A DNA stretch of 64,000 nt from Eledone cirrhosa (GCA_964016885.1 OZ024741.1:355694001-355758000); one strand, 5' to 3'; shown: positions 1-15,683, counted from the first letter of the stretch. A program made the numbers and translations. The notes: a model not told the origin generated them from the sequence alone.

Positions 1-388
1 GGAAATAAATCAGTAAGTTTGAAGTATAAAAGAGAAAGTAGCAAAATGTGTGGGTTGTAGATAGAGGTAAGCAGATGATATGAGAGAGTAAAACGGACAG
101 TATCACCATCAAGATTGGAAAGAGAAAGTAGCAGGAAGTATGAAGTTGTATAGATTTTGAATGGTAATGGAAAGAGTTTAGCAGTTTAAATGAGAGAGAA
201 AATCGTAAAATATTGAGTTTTATCTATTTTTTGCGTAATTGTGGGTGAAATTGAAAAAATTATATGTGCCAAGACGCAATCGAAGCTATTTCGAATACTG
301 AATTGTAAATTTCAATTGAAGAAATTCTATATCGTAGATTTCTATAACAAAGGAGCATGTCCATACACTGAGCTTTATAGATTATGAT

Positions 389-433
<45 letters not shown>

Positions 434-720
434 GTTTAACGTCCATCTTCCACGCTTGCATGGGTTTGGACGGGAGTTTTCCCACTTGAGGCAAGATTGG
501 TTGTCCTGCTCGTATAGGACTGTCTGGCGGGTTTTCTACGGCTGGATGCCCTTCCTAACACCAACCACGTTTACAGTGTGGACTGGGAGGTTTTTACCGT
601 GTTACCTACACGGCCACATTACAGCGTGGACTGTGTGTTTTTTTTTGTCGTGACACCTACACATATATATATATAGATATATAATGATATTGGCAACCAA
701 TATTTTTAGACCTAGTCCGC

Positions 721-751
<31 letters not shown>

Positions 752-932
752 CACAATGGCGGACTAGGTCTAAAAATATTGGTTGCCAATATCATTATAT
801 ATCTATAATAAGTCACACGAATACAACAATTTCACAGTTAAAGGACTGACATTTATTACATAACTAACACGTGTTTCGCCAATGAACAGGTGACCAATAT
901 CTAGAATACCCTAACGAAATCTGATCTCTACT

Positions 933-1800
<868 letters not shown>

Positions 1801-1987
1801 ATATATATATATATTATTTTAATAAATAAGAGAGGGACGGTTTTATTCGTCTCTCTTATTCATTATACTAAAACTCCGGACGTTACCTTACGGGGAAAAT
1901 CCTAAGGAACAAAACTCGTGGAGTACTTCACGGCTGTTTAATAATAAGTCCGCATATTTTTAATCAACCAATTTTTTTCAATTTAAC

Positions 1988-2069
<82 letters not shown>

Positions 2070-2409
2070 CGGCGATGAATTAGTTTTGCGAGGTTTTTTA
2101 TATGAAATCGTGTGTCGAAACAAATATTGTTATACTTGGGGAGGGTCATATTTGTGTAATATTGCCAGAATGAATAACAGAACACACTCACTGTTTGGTT
2201 GGTTTTCGCTTTTCGCTTCTGTGTCCTTTATATCGGTAATCTAATTTTTATTTTTGACCGTTGGTCAGTCAATGGCAACATTGAGGACCGAATAAATTAG
2301 ATTACCGATATAAAGGACACAGAAGCGAAAAGCGAAAACCAACCAAACAGTGAGTGTGTTCTGTTATTCATTCTGGCAATATTACACAAATATGACCCTC
2401 CCCAAGTAT

Positions 2410-2476
<67 letters not shown>

Positions 2477-5265
2477 GAATGGATGAATAGTAAAGTTAAT
2501 CTCGTCAGGATTTCAATTCAGAGTGCTGGGAGCTGGAATGAATACCGCCAATTCGCCGCCTACAGAGAGTCAATTTTCGAGAAATATAATGAAACCGACC
2601 ATCGAATAATGACATAGGGCTGGATATAAAATTCAAGTTGACACCTGTATCATTCGAATTTGTATTTCAGTGTTAGCCCCATATGGCTGAGTATGGGGGT
2701 TAATGTTAAACAAGACTTCTGATGAAAGGTGATCTCAAATTTTGTGTAACTAGCAATACATAGTCCAATATATTTTTTTTAAACAGTAAGATGTGCTTTG
2801 AGAAGCTTAGCTGCCATTTCTAGGGATTTCGTGTTACTCCAGAGCAGAGAGACAGAACTAAATATTTCAATGTATTAACCCCCTGTCCTTCCGTTTCTAC
2901 AGATGGTTTATTCTCAGCCAACAAGCTATAATTCTTTTAAAAACATTGTTATAAAGCTACGTATTTGTTGTGGAGGTGTAGAGTTGACGAAAATTTACTT
3001 GGGATCCATTTTAGCGGCCACAGAAAGGCAATGTCGATCTCGTCAGGATTGGACCTAAAAAAACAGACTAAGAACTACAAAAGAGCTTTAACTGAAATAC
3101 AATAAACTTCCCCCAAAACAGACAATTCAGTCACACACACAACAGAAAGACACGATGGAATAACTAGAACAAAATCAAACAGGAGAGAAGACACAGGGGG
3201 CCAACATAGTAATTAAGAAGATAACATAATGTGTGACGAAAGAGCTTTAATAAACAAGTTAATAGCCTTTTTTCTTAATTCAGGGTTATCTTAATATATT
3301 TGAGGCTACCGGGAATATTACACATTGATGTTCCTAACGCACAATACCTTTCGTAAACATATTTCAATTGATTAATGAAGAATTTTGAGGGATTTACTAA
3401 AATGATTAATTATTGAACTACTAAGTTAATAGCTCAACATATCGTTGTTATATAAAATTATGCCATTAATTTAACTAGGATCCCTTTAAAATAGATGGCT
3501 TTGTTACATGGAACTAGGGCTGTTTCGACTGGGTTGGTATCCAAAGAGTTAAAATTAAACTTTTTACTGAGAAAATTTGAGGCATTTCATTGCAGATAAT
3601 TATTTTATAAGCGGTTAAAATTTTATATTATTGAGAAAATAATAGATTTTAAAAATGGATGTCATGAAACAAACTATAAAACTACTATAGGGATTAATTT
3701 TGTTAGATCTCTAAATACATTTATTGTTGAAGGAAGTCTAGATTTTATTTCACTGAGAGATTCTTCTAGCACAGCCATACATTTTAAAAAAAATTTCTAT
3801 AAGAGTTTCATTAGTGATGTTCTCCTGTAAAACCTGGCTACAGTCTGTTAAGAATTTGATTTCCCAAATCAATGTTGTCAATATACCTTTTCTTGTCCAT
3901 TGCTATCATACAGTGTATTGTGGAGACCACACGGGATTAACGCAGAGTCGAACGTCAGATATAATCCCACTGAAATAAACTTTGCCTTTTATCCGTTCGA
4001 GGTTGATAAAAAGTATCAGTCTAGTACTGGAGTCGATTCTTCCTTTATATCTCTTTCTCGTTTCCTCTCCCTCTTTCTCACTTTCTCCTTTTCTGGAAGA
4101 TATCGGCCGTGTTCCGATCCGGAGAGGAGATGGGTTCCGTCAGTTTCAAAGCGCCCAATACACGTCATATGTCACGACAGCGCGCGCCCTCACAACTCCA
4201 TCTGGAGTTATTGGTCCATACATACAATGCGGGGATAATTTTCGGTAGATCAGATTTGGTATGTTGGGAAAAGATTGTAGAATTTTTCAAATTCTTGATG
4301 TTGTAAATTATGAAAAAAACAAAAACAAAAAAAAAACAAAAAAAAAACGCAGGACCATTAATCGCAGGGACAGCGGCAACTGCCCAGGCGATGTGACAGA
4401 ATTGTTCTTATCGGCTCTCTGGACCCCCGACCCGATGCACCGAGTAAACCACCCATTTATTGACCCTGCCACCATATTTATATTTAAAATGCAGAACGCT
4501 CACCCATAATATTGTTGATAAAGAAAAGAGCCAGCAACGTACTAGTTTGTTCATGTTTGATTTCGCAATATTAAAAATACTTTTATTTTCATTTTGAAAT
4601 ATTCGTGTTTTACCCATCTCCCACTCTTCCCAATTTCTCACTGTTCTTTTCATCAACCAATAAAACGGTATTCATTATGCTGTGTATATATTTTATTGAC
4701 AATATCCTCTTTATGCAATAAGATGCAGCCCACTTCCTTTCCCCACAAAAAAAGAAATTAGAAAACGGAAAATTCACAATAACAGCTTCTGAAAACCCGA
4801 GAGGCATTAATTTGAACAGAAACAAGGGTGATGTCTAAAAACATGGAAACGAAGCTTAGATTAATAAAGAAATATAGAAAGATGCTTGGTCGGAATTGTA
4901 ACGGAATACTACTATGTTTTACCTGGCGAAGATTCGAAACCGAATCTGAGGGTTCTCGCTTCTAAAACCACCTATTGTTGGGAGTTCTCACCATTGTCCT
5001 GTCAAGAGACAACTATGATAAACATACATACCACTTGACCGGTGACCCATATACACATCCTTCTAGCTATAGGGTTATTATATTATACAAGTACTTAAAG
5101 AGTCCAGCAGGCAGACCGAAGCAGCAGTCCGTGAGAGGTTAACGGTGTAGCCCATTCACTATCTACAGACCTTTTACACACTCTCTCCTGGCCTTACATG
5201 CTCTCACATTTCATATCAGCTCGGCAGATTGACTAACTATCACAGGAACAACGTAAACTAAGGGT

Positions 5266-5345
<80 letters not shown>

Positions 5346-5814
5346 TAGGTTTCATTATATTTTTCCCTACTACAATTTATTTATCCTTTCGTCTTCCTAT
5401 TATTTCACTTATAGGGCGGTGAATTGGCAGTATCGGTAGAGGGTCGGACGCCATACTTTGAAGCATAGAGTTACCTCCCTTTATGATCTGAGTCCAAATC
5501 CAGCCGAGGTTAACTTTGCCGTTTATCCTTACTGGGTCGATAAAATAAAGTACCAGTAGTGCACTGGGATAATTGCTGGCTTTGTGCCAAAAGTAGAAAC
5601 AATTATTTCACTTATATTATATCGTTGTATTGATACATGCATACACGCTAGCTCGAAGTAGTTAGTAAGAAAATAATGTAGGGATAATTGCTGTCACAAT
5701 TTTATTACTCGATATTCAACAAGTGAATTTTGTTATTGTAAAATAAACATTGTCAATATCACAATTCTGGCATCATTATTTTTTATCATTCACCCCGAAA
5801 AGAATACATCTATC

Positions 5815-7417
5815 TGTAGCGAAATCTGTCCACGCTTTGAACCCTGGGTGATACCTAAAAGTCAAATTCTAGGCCAGCATCCTTTTCAGTGTGGACAGGT
5901 TCATGCGTGGGCGATCCCTCGAGGTGGGAGACAGAAAGCGACAGGTATATAAAGCCTGTATCATCCCACGTTTAGACAGAGATCGGAGCACCACGATACA
6001 GACAAGCTACCTTCAGACCACAGAGGTCTACAGACCATTACTCTCTCTCTCCTGGTCGCAGACTACACCAGCCTCATAAACCAACAACAAAATAACATTG
6101 TCAACCTTCGCAACTCGTGGTAACTTGTTTATTGTTCTTTTTGATTGAAGTGAAGTAAACTTTTTTTTATATATAAAGTAAATCGCTATTCTTGTTATTA
6201 CATCTAACAACATGTTAATCCATTTAACAACTAACTACTAAAATACCCGACGTGATATATATAAAAACAAAAAACGAAGTGGTATTTAAAAAAAAAAGAA
6301 AACAACACGCACCCTTTTTTCTACGATATGATAAAACTTCACTTTTTCAAATAGTTCACCAAACTTCCATTCTACGGAATATTTACAGTAACTTCACTTT
6401 TATATTTCGATTCATTACCAAACACTTCACCACGTGCTTAGTAATCTCCAACAACAGACAATACTACTAGCTTCCTAGCGAGAAAACGATCACATAAAGA
6501 AGAGAAAAACGAACCTTTCGTAAAGAACAATTATATAAATATTTAAAACAAATTTTTTACAGGTTATATATAAACGTTCATTTTTATTTGTTTCACTATA
6601 TTATATGCCTGTATCAACATAAACGTTTTGCATCAAACACACATCATTTTCTTTGTCACCAACATGTTTTTGTCTATGGAATATTCTGGATTCAGTTGGG
6701 TCTCTGCGAGATCACTTTTCAATTGGTCGAGGTTCGGCAACAGCTAGTAAATACATGATACGGTTACTACTCACTTGGACTCACTCAAGCACGCAACTCA
6801 AACTTGCACTCACTCATGTCAGCGTAAACTTCGACTCACTGGAAGAGAATCTTACGTATGATGATACATCGAGAGAAATAGTCATCTGTGTTATCATATC
6901 GTAATCCGATACCGTAACACCAACGTTCAGCCATCCATACACAACAGTTCGAAATACATGATCACAACTCTGTATATTTACAGTTTCTTCTAAATATTAC
7001 ACACACACACACACACACACATGCATACACAGTTATACGATATATATTTTCTCTCTCTCCAAATTTCTCTACACTCGAAATGCGGACGCAGTACCCACAT
7101 TTTGTGTGTTTTGGGACAGGCTTCTGGAATAAGATTTCGCTACCCCTTTTATAATCGATTGCTGCTCCTGCATCGATCTGGGTAGGGAACTAATGTAGCG
7201 AAATCTGCCCACGCCTTGAACCCTGGGTGACACCTAAAAGTCAAATTCTAGGTCAGCATCCTTTTCGGTGTGGACAGGTTCATGCGTGGGCGATCCCGAG
7301 GTGGGAGACAGAAAGCGACAGGTATATAAAGTAAATCACTATTCTTGTTATTACATCTAACAACCATGTTAATCCATCTAACAACTTACTAATACCCTTC
7401 GTTAGATATCCACTACA
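5815..7417 (+). repeat. Two LTR-like direct repeats (5815-~6258 and 7194-7417)
   Basis: Both start tgtagcgaaatc and the second ends cactaca (TG...CA). TATA-like tatataaag is present, and a purine-rich tract precedes the second copy. No coding sequence or TSD seen. Confidence 0.55.
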
Positions 7418-10400
7418 GAATCACTTAAAAAAAAAAAAAAAAAAAAAAAAAGACCGATAAGAAATATAAGGAAAGCAGAAGATATAAAACGCTAAGAAAA
7501 AATGGAAGCTCGGGTAGATGGAAAGAACTGAACAGAATGAAATGTGAGGAAGACTGGTCTACGGAGTCGGTGGAGACAAAGGACGAAATAGAAGGATGAG
7601 ATTCATAAGTACACGGACGTTACATGGATGAGAGTAGCAAAGGATAAGATAAAATGGTTCCAGCTTTGTTTTGGGGACTTTCGCTTTGTAATGGGCAGAT
7701 AATAGCTGTGAAAGATAACGACGATGATGTAAATAAAAGAAAGAGAAAGTCAATCACGGCGGTATCTGATGAAAAAAAAAAACAATCAGAACCAAACTTC
7801 GGATGCAGAAAAGTGTAGTCTCGCCACACTGTACTAACTTGTATGATAAAAATAATGATTTCTAAATTAGGCACATGGCCAACAATTTGTAGCGAAGGGA
7901 AAGGTGATAATATCGACCCGGAAAGATGAAAAGCAGGGTTGAAGTCGGCTTGATTGAAGCTCAAAATGTAAAGGACTGTGATTGAATGCAACATTTTTAT
8001 CGACGCTCTAACAATTCTGTCAATTCCCCACACTTAATACTTTCTCAAATTAGCAGAAGACCAGCAAATTGAAGTAAGGGGGAAAATCAATTAAATCGAC
8101 CCCGGTATTTGATTGGTACTTTATTCTATTAATCTCTGAAGAATGAAAAAAAAACAAAACAATGTCGACCTCGGTGAGATTTTAACTCAGAATATAAGGA
8201 ACTGGAACAAATACTGCCAATCATTTGTCCAACGCTGTAAGGCTTCCACCACCCTCTCCTTTGTATGTTAGTTTCCAGTGAACCTAAACAACCCCTATAC
8301 TATGAGGTCTTGGAAAGATAAACACACAGATACATAACTCAAATCCCAGAAATTACAAATATATACAACACACAGAAAATAGCATTACTAGGTACTGCAT
8401 ACATATTAGGATAAGTGTTCTCAATACAATAGAAACACCAAACAACACTGCACATAACCAAGGTGCACATAGCTGTACTCGGTAATACATTGACAACATA
8501 CAATAAAAACAAAACTAATGATAATAATAACGGTTTCTTTATTGTTCACAGGGATCCAACCCGTAAAAATATAAATGTTATACAAATAATATGTTTAAAC
8601 ACGTTAGGATTTATTTATTCCCCCCCCCCCCCAATTGAAGTATGTGTGTGTGACATAATACAGTATAAAAATACATTTAAAAATTACTTTATACAAGCAA
8701 AAGACAGCCGAGAGAATCAGAGCATTCCAAGCTTGCGCCTCCAAAAGCCCCTCACCTCTCCAGACAGATTTTTCAATATCAATAACTGGCCGTCTTACAC
8801 ATCAGTTCTATCCTTTTCACTCACTTTTCTAATAATCTAGAGGTAATAATGGTTTTTAATTAAGGCACAAGACGTAATTTGGAGGGGAGGAAAAGATCGA
8901 CAGAACATTAAAAAAAAAATGTTTTGTTTTTTTCTTTCGTATATCATTGATATTACATTTTGCTTAAATTTATTTTACTCTTCTCCATCATATTGTTTTG
9001 TTTATATACGATTACATCTTTAAATAAAACTAATATATGATGCTTAAAAAAAAAATTGACACCAATACTTGACCGCTTCTTTATCCCAGAAGGATAAAGA
9101 AGGAAAATTGACTGTGGTGGGGTTTGAACTCAGAAAGCTGGGTCAAATATCACACAACATTTTACCCGATGTTCTAACGATTCTGCCAATCCAATGCCCG
9201 TGCAAGCGCTAATAATGATTATATTCTATATAGACATAACCCGAGAGATGTTAAAGAAAAGTGGGCGGTTTGACTTTCACGAGTTCCCTTCACTACTGCT
9301 GACATGCATGGTAATATGGGTTAGAAAATCGTTTCGCAATTACGTGGTTCTGGTTTTGATCACACTCCGTGAAATTTTGAGTGTCTTTCTTCTACCAAGC
9401 TTCTAGGTTGAATACAGCCTTGCGAATGAATTTGTGTAAACCTGAAACTTCACGGAAGCCGACAGATCATTCCCGTTCATGGCTTAACCACTTTCATTAC
9501 CATATTTCTAATGAAAGATGGTGTATAATGTTCAAGTCAATTAAAAAAAAAAAAAAAAAATTTAGAGTGATTTAGTTATATACCACTTCCTCTCCTTCTC
9601 TAGAAGAAATTGGCTGTGATCATATCTGTACAGGGATGGACTTTGCCAAGTTGAAAATGGCCCAAAATATGCCGTATGTCACTACGGCACCCCTACGTTT
9701 TCACCAGGAGTTCCGAGTTCATGCTTACATGCAAATATGTAGTAATATAACAATAACATTATGGTTGAAGGTTGATACAGTTTTCTATCGTAGAATCAAG
9801 GGCGGTTTCAGGTGATTTGGTATAAAAAAAGAGTTAACTTGTCGCCCAATTTAACAGCATGTGGCTTTTAGCTGCCCATAGCAGAATTCACTCTGTTGTG
9901 AGCATTCGGATCAGATCTGTTTTACGATAATTTCAGCGCTTCCTTTCACAATTCTCTGGGTGCTGCCATTCCTCCTTTGACAAAGCCATTGAAAAAACAA
10001 CCCCACCCCAAACAAAAACAAAAAAGCAAAACAAAAACAAAAGCAACAAAACAAAAAAAAATTAGTTACATAAATGAAGTAAAACTGTCAGCAAAGAGTT
10101 GAACCTGCACCTCAAATACGACTAATTGAGAGTCTTACTCCCCCTACACAACGAAGTTTGCCACAACACAATCCCAATAAAGTCTAATTAATCCGACGCT
10201 TTACGGTCCCATGAAAAAAGAGATTCGACTATTTCATATTGGTTTCTAATTTAGACATAAAGATAAACTTGTGAGAAGGAAAAAAAGTTGATTATATCAA
10301 CTACAGTTCTTAACTTGTACTTTGGCCCCAGAAGGATGAAAAGCAAAGTCAACCATCTTGCTGCGATCTAGCTCTGTGAAAATGGGAGCTACCTTTGAAG

Positions 10401-11723
10401 AAAACAGATGGTCATCTTCGCGTAATTTAACCTAAGAATGTTAAGTGTCATAACAAATACAGCAATGGCATTTTACCCGACACTATCAATCCCCCGTCCC
10501 CTTTACCTACTCCATATTGTCACCTTGTTTTGACAGCAAGGTCACCCATTTATAATAAAAATATGTGATTGCGCTGTGTTGTGTTGTTCATGAACTTCCA
10601 TGACGAGCATTTACAACGTTCGTGATGGGAATCGTTTCAACTAGGGAACGACACTATGCTACAAGCTCGTCCGATTTTAGTGTTCCTACAGTTCTACTTA
10701 GAATATAATCGCTCACCACAAGGCAATTTTGTAAATAAAATATCTATATAAAAGGCGGAATCGAGTCAATGGAAACCAAATAAAGAAATATTACGGATTC
10801 TTAGTTTACTATCACGAGATAAAAAAAAAAATAAAAGGGATGGGAGGCGAATGAGCCTCTAGATAGTCGCTCGACATGCTAAAAATGGCAGCCGATCCAC
10901 TGACTAAGGAAAGGATATATTAAGAAATATAATCAATCCTAGACACTCGAAAGTAGGTGGGATGGTTACATCTGGAATGCTTTTGATTATAAGTTTATTT
11001 AGATCACAGTTAACTTGGGGTTTAGTAATAACACCCAAAAGAAAAACAACAAAAACAAATACAGAATAATTAAATAACGCAATTTAGTTGGTTTGGAGCT
11101 CAACCGTTCTAATATGGTACCCTCGATAATTTTGCAAAGAAGAGCCAGAACTACAGTAGATTGAAATCGACTCCAATGGAATTTGAACAACGGAAGCTTC
11201 AGTTAATATAGTGTCTACTATAAAACATTGCAAACATCACGGTGTGTGTTTGTGTGGTTGTGTGTAATATTATATATATATATATATATATAGGTAAACG
11301 GAATAGAAAATGCTGACAAATTGTTCACAGTGAAAAATAGTTTAATTAGGAATATATGAGAATTAGTAATGGTATTGGTTAGTATTAAGTTTTACCGGTT
11401 GCGCATTTCTAATGCTTTTCAAAAATAATTTTGCGATAGAGCGTCCGTGATGCTTGCTCTGATCTGATTATATATATATATATATATATAAGCCAAAGCT
11501 TTCCAAGGGGAGGGAGAAAATTCATTCTTTATATAAACAAGCCTGAAGTATACGTTACAGGCAATTATGTTAATCAACTCCTGAGTGATTTTGAACACGG
11601 AGTAGGGAGACATTAAACTCAAGCATGTTTATATTATCTCAAACCCAGGGTTGGCAAAGAAATATATACACGGAGAAGCCAGTTATCAATATTTTTTTCC
11701 ACATTAAAGTATATAAAACATTG

Positions 11724-11761
<38 letters not shown>

Positions 11762-11941
11762 TATATATGAGTAAAATTGATACATGTATGTAAATATAAT
11801 CCAACAAACTTTGAAAAAAGACTGGCGTGTCAGACAGACAGATAATGTAAAAGACGCAAGTTTTTTTTTGTAACTATCACTCAGTCTTATACAGAATCCC
11901 CCAAACTAAAGCGTTACACTTGTAAAAGAGGTTGTTGTCTT

Positions 11942-12847
11942 TCATAAATAATTCCTAGTATAACAGCGAACTGTGATCAATTCGTATAAAAGCAAAGCAA
12001 GAATACCACAAGTGAAAATAATAGATACGGTTGTAACACAGAAAGCGACCTGGGATAGCAGGTTATTGCACATGTACAGGCGACTGTCAGTGATGATGGC
12101 AGTGGAGATGTACATGATGGTGGAAGCGAAGTAAACAGCATCTTTTACCAGGGGCCGGGGCTCATGGTAAGCCCACAGTACATGACAGAGGTTTGGCACA
12201 GCAGCACTTAAGAATAACATAGCCAAACCGGCTTGCATGGATGTCCAGGAAGAGGTACCCATACATGACGAAACTCCAGGAGATTGATAAGAAATGCAGA
12301 CAATTGAAATCGTGCTGACGAGCAGGAGAGCGAACATGATGTACATTAACCAAGACACAGTTTCCACGAACTCCTGGAATTGATCGTAGTAGAAGCGCAA
12401 ATCGGATTCATTGTCACCTGAGGTCTCCGTAGTCTCAGTGTTCGTCGTTTGATGAATCGGTCGTATGTATGGTACGGGTTCATAAAGGCTCGTGGATGCA
12501 GGGTCAGCTTCAATGCCTGTCGGATAATTGTGCATGCTGCTGCATACCCAAACAGTCAAGCGTTCGCTGTCGTAATAATGGTCGCTCTCCATGTCGCTCA
12601 AATGATCGGGTAAAATTACGACGTTCGGGTCTTGCGAGGAACTTTTAACAGGTTTTGGGGGTTTAAGCGATTCTGATTCATCTGCAATTTCTATTGAACA
12701 AACACTATCTTTTTCTGCCATATTTTTCTCAATCGCCGTCTGTCTCAGCCAATACCTAGGCGGTTGCTTCGATGGCCAGTTTTCTGCTGCTAGCCTTTCC
12801 GCTCTTGTTTCACCTTCAAAATGTAATTCTTCTGTTTTTATTTTCAC
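11942..12847 (-). CDS. Uncharacterised membrane protein with four predicted TM helices (first ATG at 12721, 259 aa)
   Basis: Uninterrupted, non-repetitive 900-nt ORF, more GC-rich than its flanks. Acidic Ser/Thr/Pro-rich N-terminal half followed by four hydrophobic stretches. A possible splice acceptor (tgtcag) lies immediately upstream of 12847. Confidence 0.75.
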   Translation of the reverse strand: MKIKTEELHFEGETRAERLAAENWPSKQPPRYWLRQTAIEKNMAEKDSVCSIEIADESESLKPPKPVKSSSQDPNVVILPDHLSDMESDHYYDSERLTVWVCSSMHNYPTGIEADPASTSLYEPVPYIRPIHQTTNTETTETSGDNESDLRFYYDQFQEFVETVSWLMYIMFALLLVSTISIVCISYQSPGVSSCMGTSSWTSMQAGLAMLFLSAAVPNLCHVLWAYHEPRPLVKDAVYFASTIMYISTAIITDSRLYMCNNLLSQVAFCVTTVSIIFTCGILALLLYELITVRCYTRNYL

Positions 12848-13031
12848 CTGACATGCAATATATATATTTATATGGAAGAAAATACATCTGTTATTAGAAA
12901 TAATTTAAATATGAAAAAAGTGACGAAGTTGAAGTAAAGAACAAGAAATAAAGAAATGATAATATAAAAAAATAAAAATAAAATTAAGTTGTAGTAAAGT
13001 TTATTACAGGTTCCATCCCGGACAATCGTTC

Positions 13032-13072
<41 letters not shown>

Positions 13073-13075
<3 letters not shown>

Positions 13076-13316
13076 AACATGTATGACCCCGACGGCAGAG
13101 CTCAAGCCGTTTCGACGGCTATTTCTGGACTCAGAAATCGCCGTCGAAACGGCTTGAGCTCTGCCGTCGGGGTCATACTTGTTCCTATTACCCACTCTAA
13201 TACCCTAAGTATTGAGTACTTTGGTGCGTTATGGTCCATCTGGTTCCTTACCACATTTCCTTCGTTATATAATATATATATATATATCTTGAGCTCAGCC
13301 GTCGGGGTCATACTTG

Positions 13317-13320
<4 letters not shown>
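13073..13320. mobile_element. Short fold-back remnant of a PLE B-related subfamily (pLTR 3' end)
   Basis: 13132-13266 aligns to 55007-55140 and ends at the same ccttcgtt|TA. 13073-13130 is its inverted copy. A third piece lies at 13288-13320. Flanked by TA tracts. Confidence 0.85.
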
Positions 13321-13347
<27 letters not shown>

Positions 13348-15330
13348 TACAAAAAATCCTGGCATAAATGCAAAGCCCCAATCATATATAGGCTAGGAAT
13401 GACTATTGTAAAGTTTTTGTATTATTGAAACACATCATTTCCAACGAGGAATGTTCCAGTTAATTTAATGAGTCGTTAGAATGTCAGATAGAATGCTTTG
13501 CGGTATTTGTTTTTACTCTCTGTGCTGAGTTGAAAACTTTTCAAAGTCAACGTTGATTTTTTATTCTACCAAGGTCGATAAAAAAAAGCACCAGTCCAGT
13601 GCCGGGTTCGATTCTTCCTCTATACCTATCTCTTTCTAACTTCTTCTCTCCCTCTCCACCCCCTCTATCTCTCTCTTTCTTTGAAAGAAATCCCTTGTAT
13701 TCAGACCATGTCAGGAGATAGGCACCGCCAGTTTAAAATAGGAAAATAAATCCAAGACACACCACGGTATCCCTACGACTCCATCACGAGTTACAGGTTC
13801 ATGCATACATAATATAGGGTCGCGGGGAGATGATTAGTAATTATGAGGTGGAGAATTTGGAGTATTTTAGTTGCGTGTTATCCTGGAATATGGTCGGGTA
13901 CAGCATTGCTTTTTTGATATGTACAGCGATTGTGTATTAATGCTGTTAAATGAGATAAGATTGATATGTCTCCATTTCCTAAGCTGGCTTAACCCAAACA
14001 AAATCAATCACTGCTTCAGACCACAATTTCCGCTAGACACCATTTATTCTTGGCAGAGCTGCTTTGCTAGTGATATGGTTGTTAGTTGCAGTATATATGG
14101 GCTCCTTCTGGACGAATAAACAATCCAGGACCAAACACCAGTCAGCTCTAGGGGAAATCGAGCAAGTGATAACACTGCTGGCTTTCAGGAAAACTCTCAC
14201 AACCCAGCGATGTAGTTACAACGAGGCAAGTAAAAGCTGCCCCTTAAAAAAATCATCTCTAGTCTTCACAGGTGTGAGGATATAACCAAATTGATACCTG
14301 ATGCAAATAAGACCACAAAAACGACAGTATGGTCAGATTGAATGCAAGCAATCATACTACATCAACCTTATGTGACGCGTTCAGGCCTTAGTTTGAGAGG
14401 ATTGTTCAAAACATATATTGCAGTCTCCACCCACGCCAAAAAGATAAGTGGCAACCTTTTATACATCAGTGGCACAGCAAGAAAAGTATCAATGAGAGTA
14501 AAAATATTTATTTCCTTTTCCTTGATTATATGTTTTTGTCTTATAAATCTCCATACTTTTGGTTTCGTATTAACAAGGAACAATATAATTTACAAATGTT
14601 ATGTTTCACTGTTTCGTTAATAAAATAACATTGCTATTAATTATTTTTTAAGTTGCTTATAAAGTTCAATAATATATATGCATTGTTATATTTCAAATGT
14701 CTTTAAAACCGTTGATATCAATAATTGTTTGAACATACTTTCTAAAACGACTTTACTTGTTATAATATTTTGTAAAACAATAATAGTAAACAGGGACTGC
14801 ATGGTGGAGTGGGCTACGGGGGTTATGGTCACTCTCAAACATTCCATAAATAATAATTATAGTGAGGCAAAAAAGCTAAAAGCTCCTTAACTTATGATAG
14901 AATAATAGCGGTGCCTTCCTGACACACACGATTTCTTCCAGTGCTTGATTGTTACTTTATTTATCGACGTTCGTTTAACTTTATTTAACTTGGGCGGGGT
15001 TTGAACTCAGAATTCAGTGAACTGGAACAAATCTTGAACCATTATTAGGTGGATTGGTAGTATAGGTAGAGAGTCGGACGCCATGCTTTCCAGCATAGTT
15101 ACGATCTGAGTTCAAGTCCCGCCGAGGTTAACTTTGCCTTTCATCCTTACAGGGTCGATAAAATAAAGTATCAGTAATGCACTGGTGAATTGCTGGCCTT
15201 GTGCCAAATGTAGAAACAATTATTAATCCTATGCCCTAACGACTCGCAGCCTTCAATAGTGAGGTACAGTATAAAAACCATTTTCTGTCAGATGACAAAG
15301 TTTAGCGCTCCCCTCTCCCTCTTCTCTCTC

Positions 15331-15426
<96 letters not shown>

Positions 15427-15467
15427 TCGTTCTGTTTACCTTTTACATATAAATATATATATATATG

Positions 15468-15683
15468 TGAAGGCTGAGTGGTTAGAGAATTGGATTCGTA
15501 ATCGTGAGGTTGTGAGTTCGATTCCCGGACCGGGTGATGCGTTATGTCCTTGAGCAAGACACTTTATTTCACATTGCTCCTTCTACCTGGAGTTGCGACC
15601 GATAGATAGTATTAGCAATTAGAAAGACCAATCGAAACATTGTTTCCTCGGTCCGCTTTGACGAATTTCGATCGTTAAAAAAA
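15468..15683 (+). mobile_element. tRNA-derived SINE with CORE-like domain; other copies/fragments at 19523-19590 (+), 35557-35715 (-), 32472-32553 (-), 18808-18875 (-)
   Basis: A box tgagtggttagag, B box gagttcgattcc, then gtccttgagcaagacactt. The 3' part is shared among the listed copies. Confidence 0.8.

Noticed and set aside
15468-15535. tRNA gene
   Set aside because: A/B boxes are present, but there is no proper acceptor stem and it continues into a CORE-like SINE body with dispersed copies.
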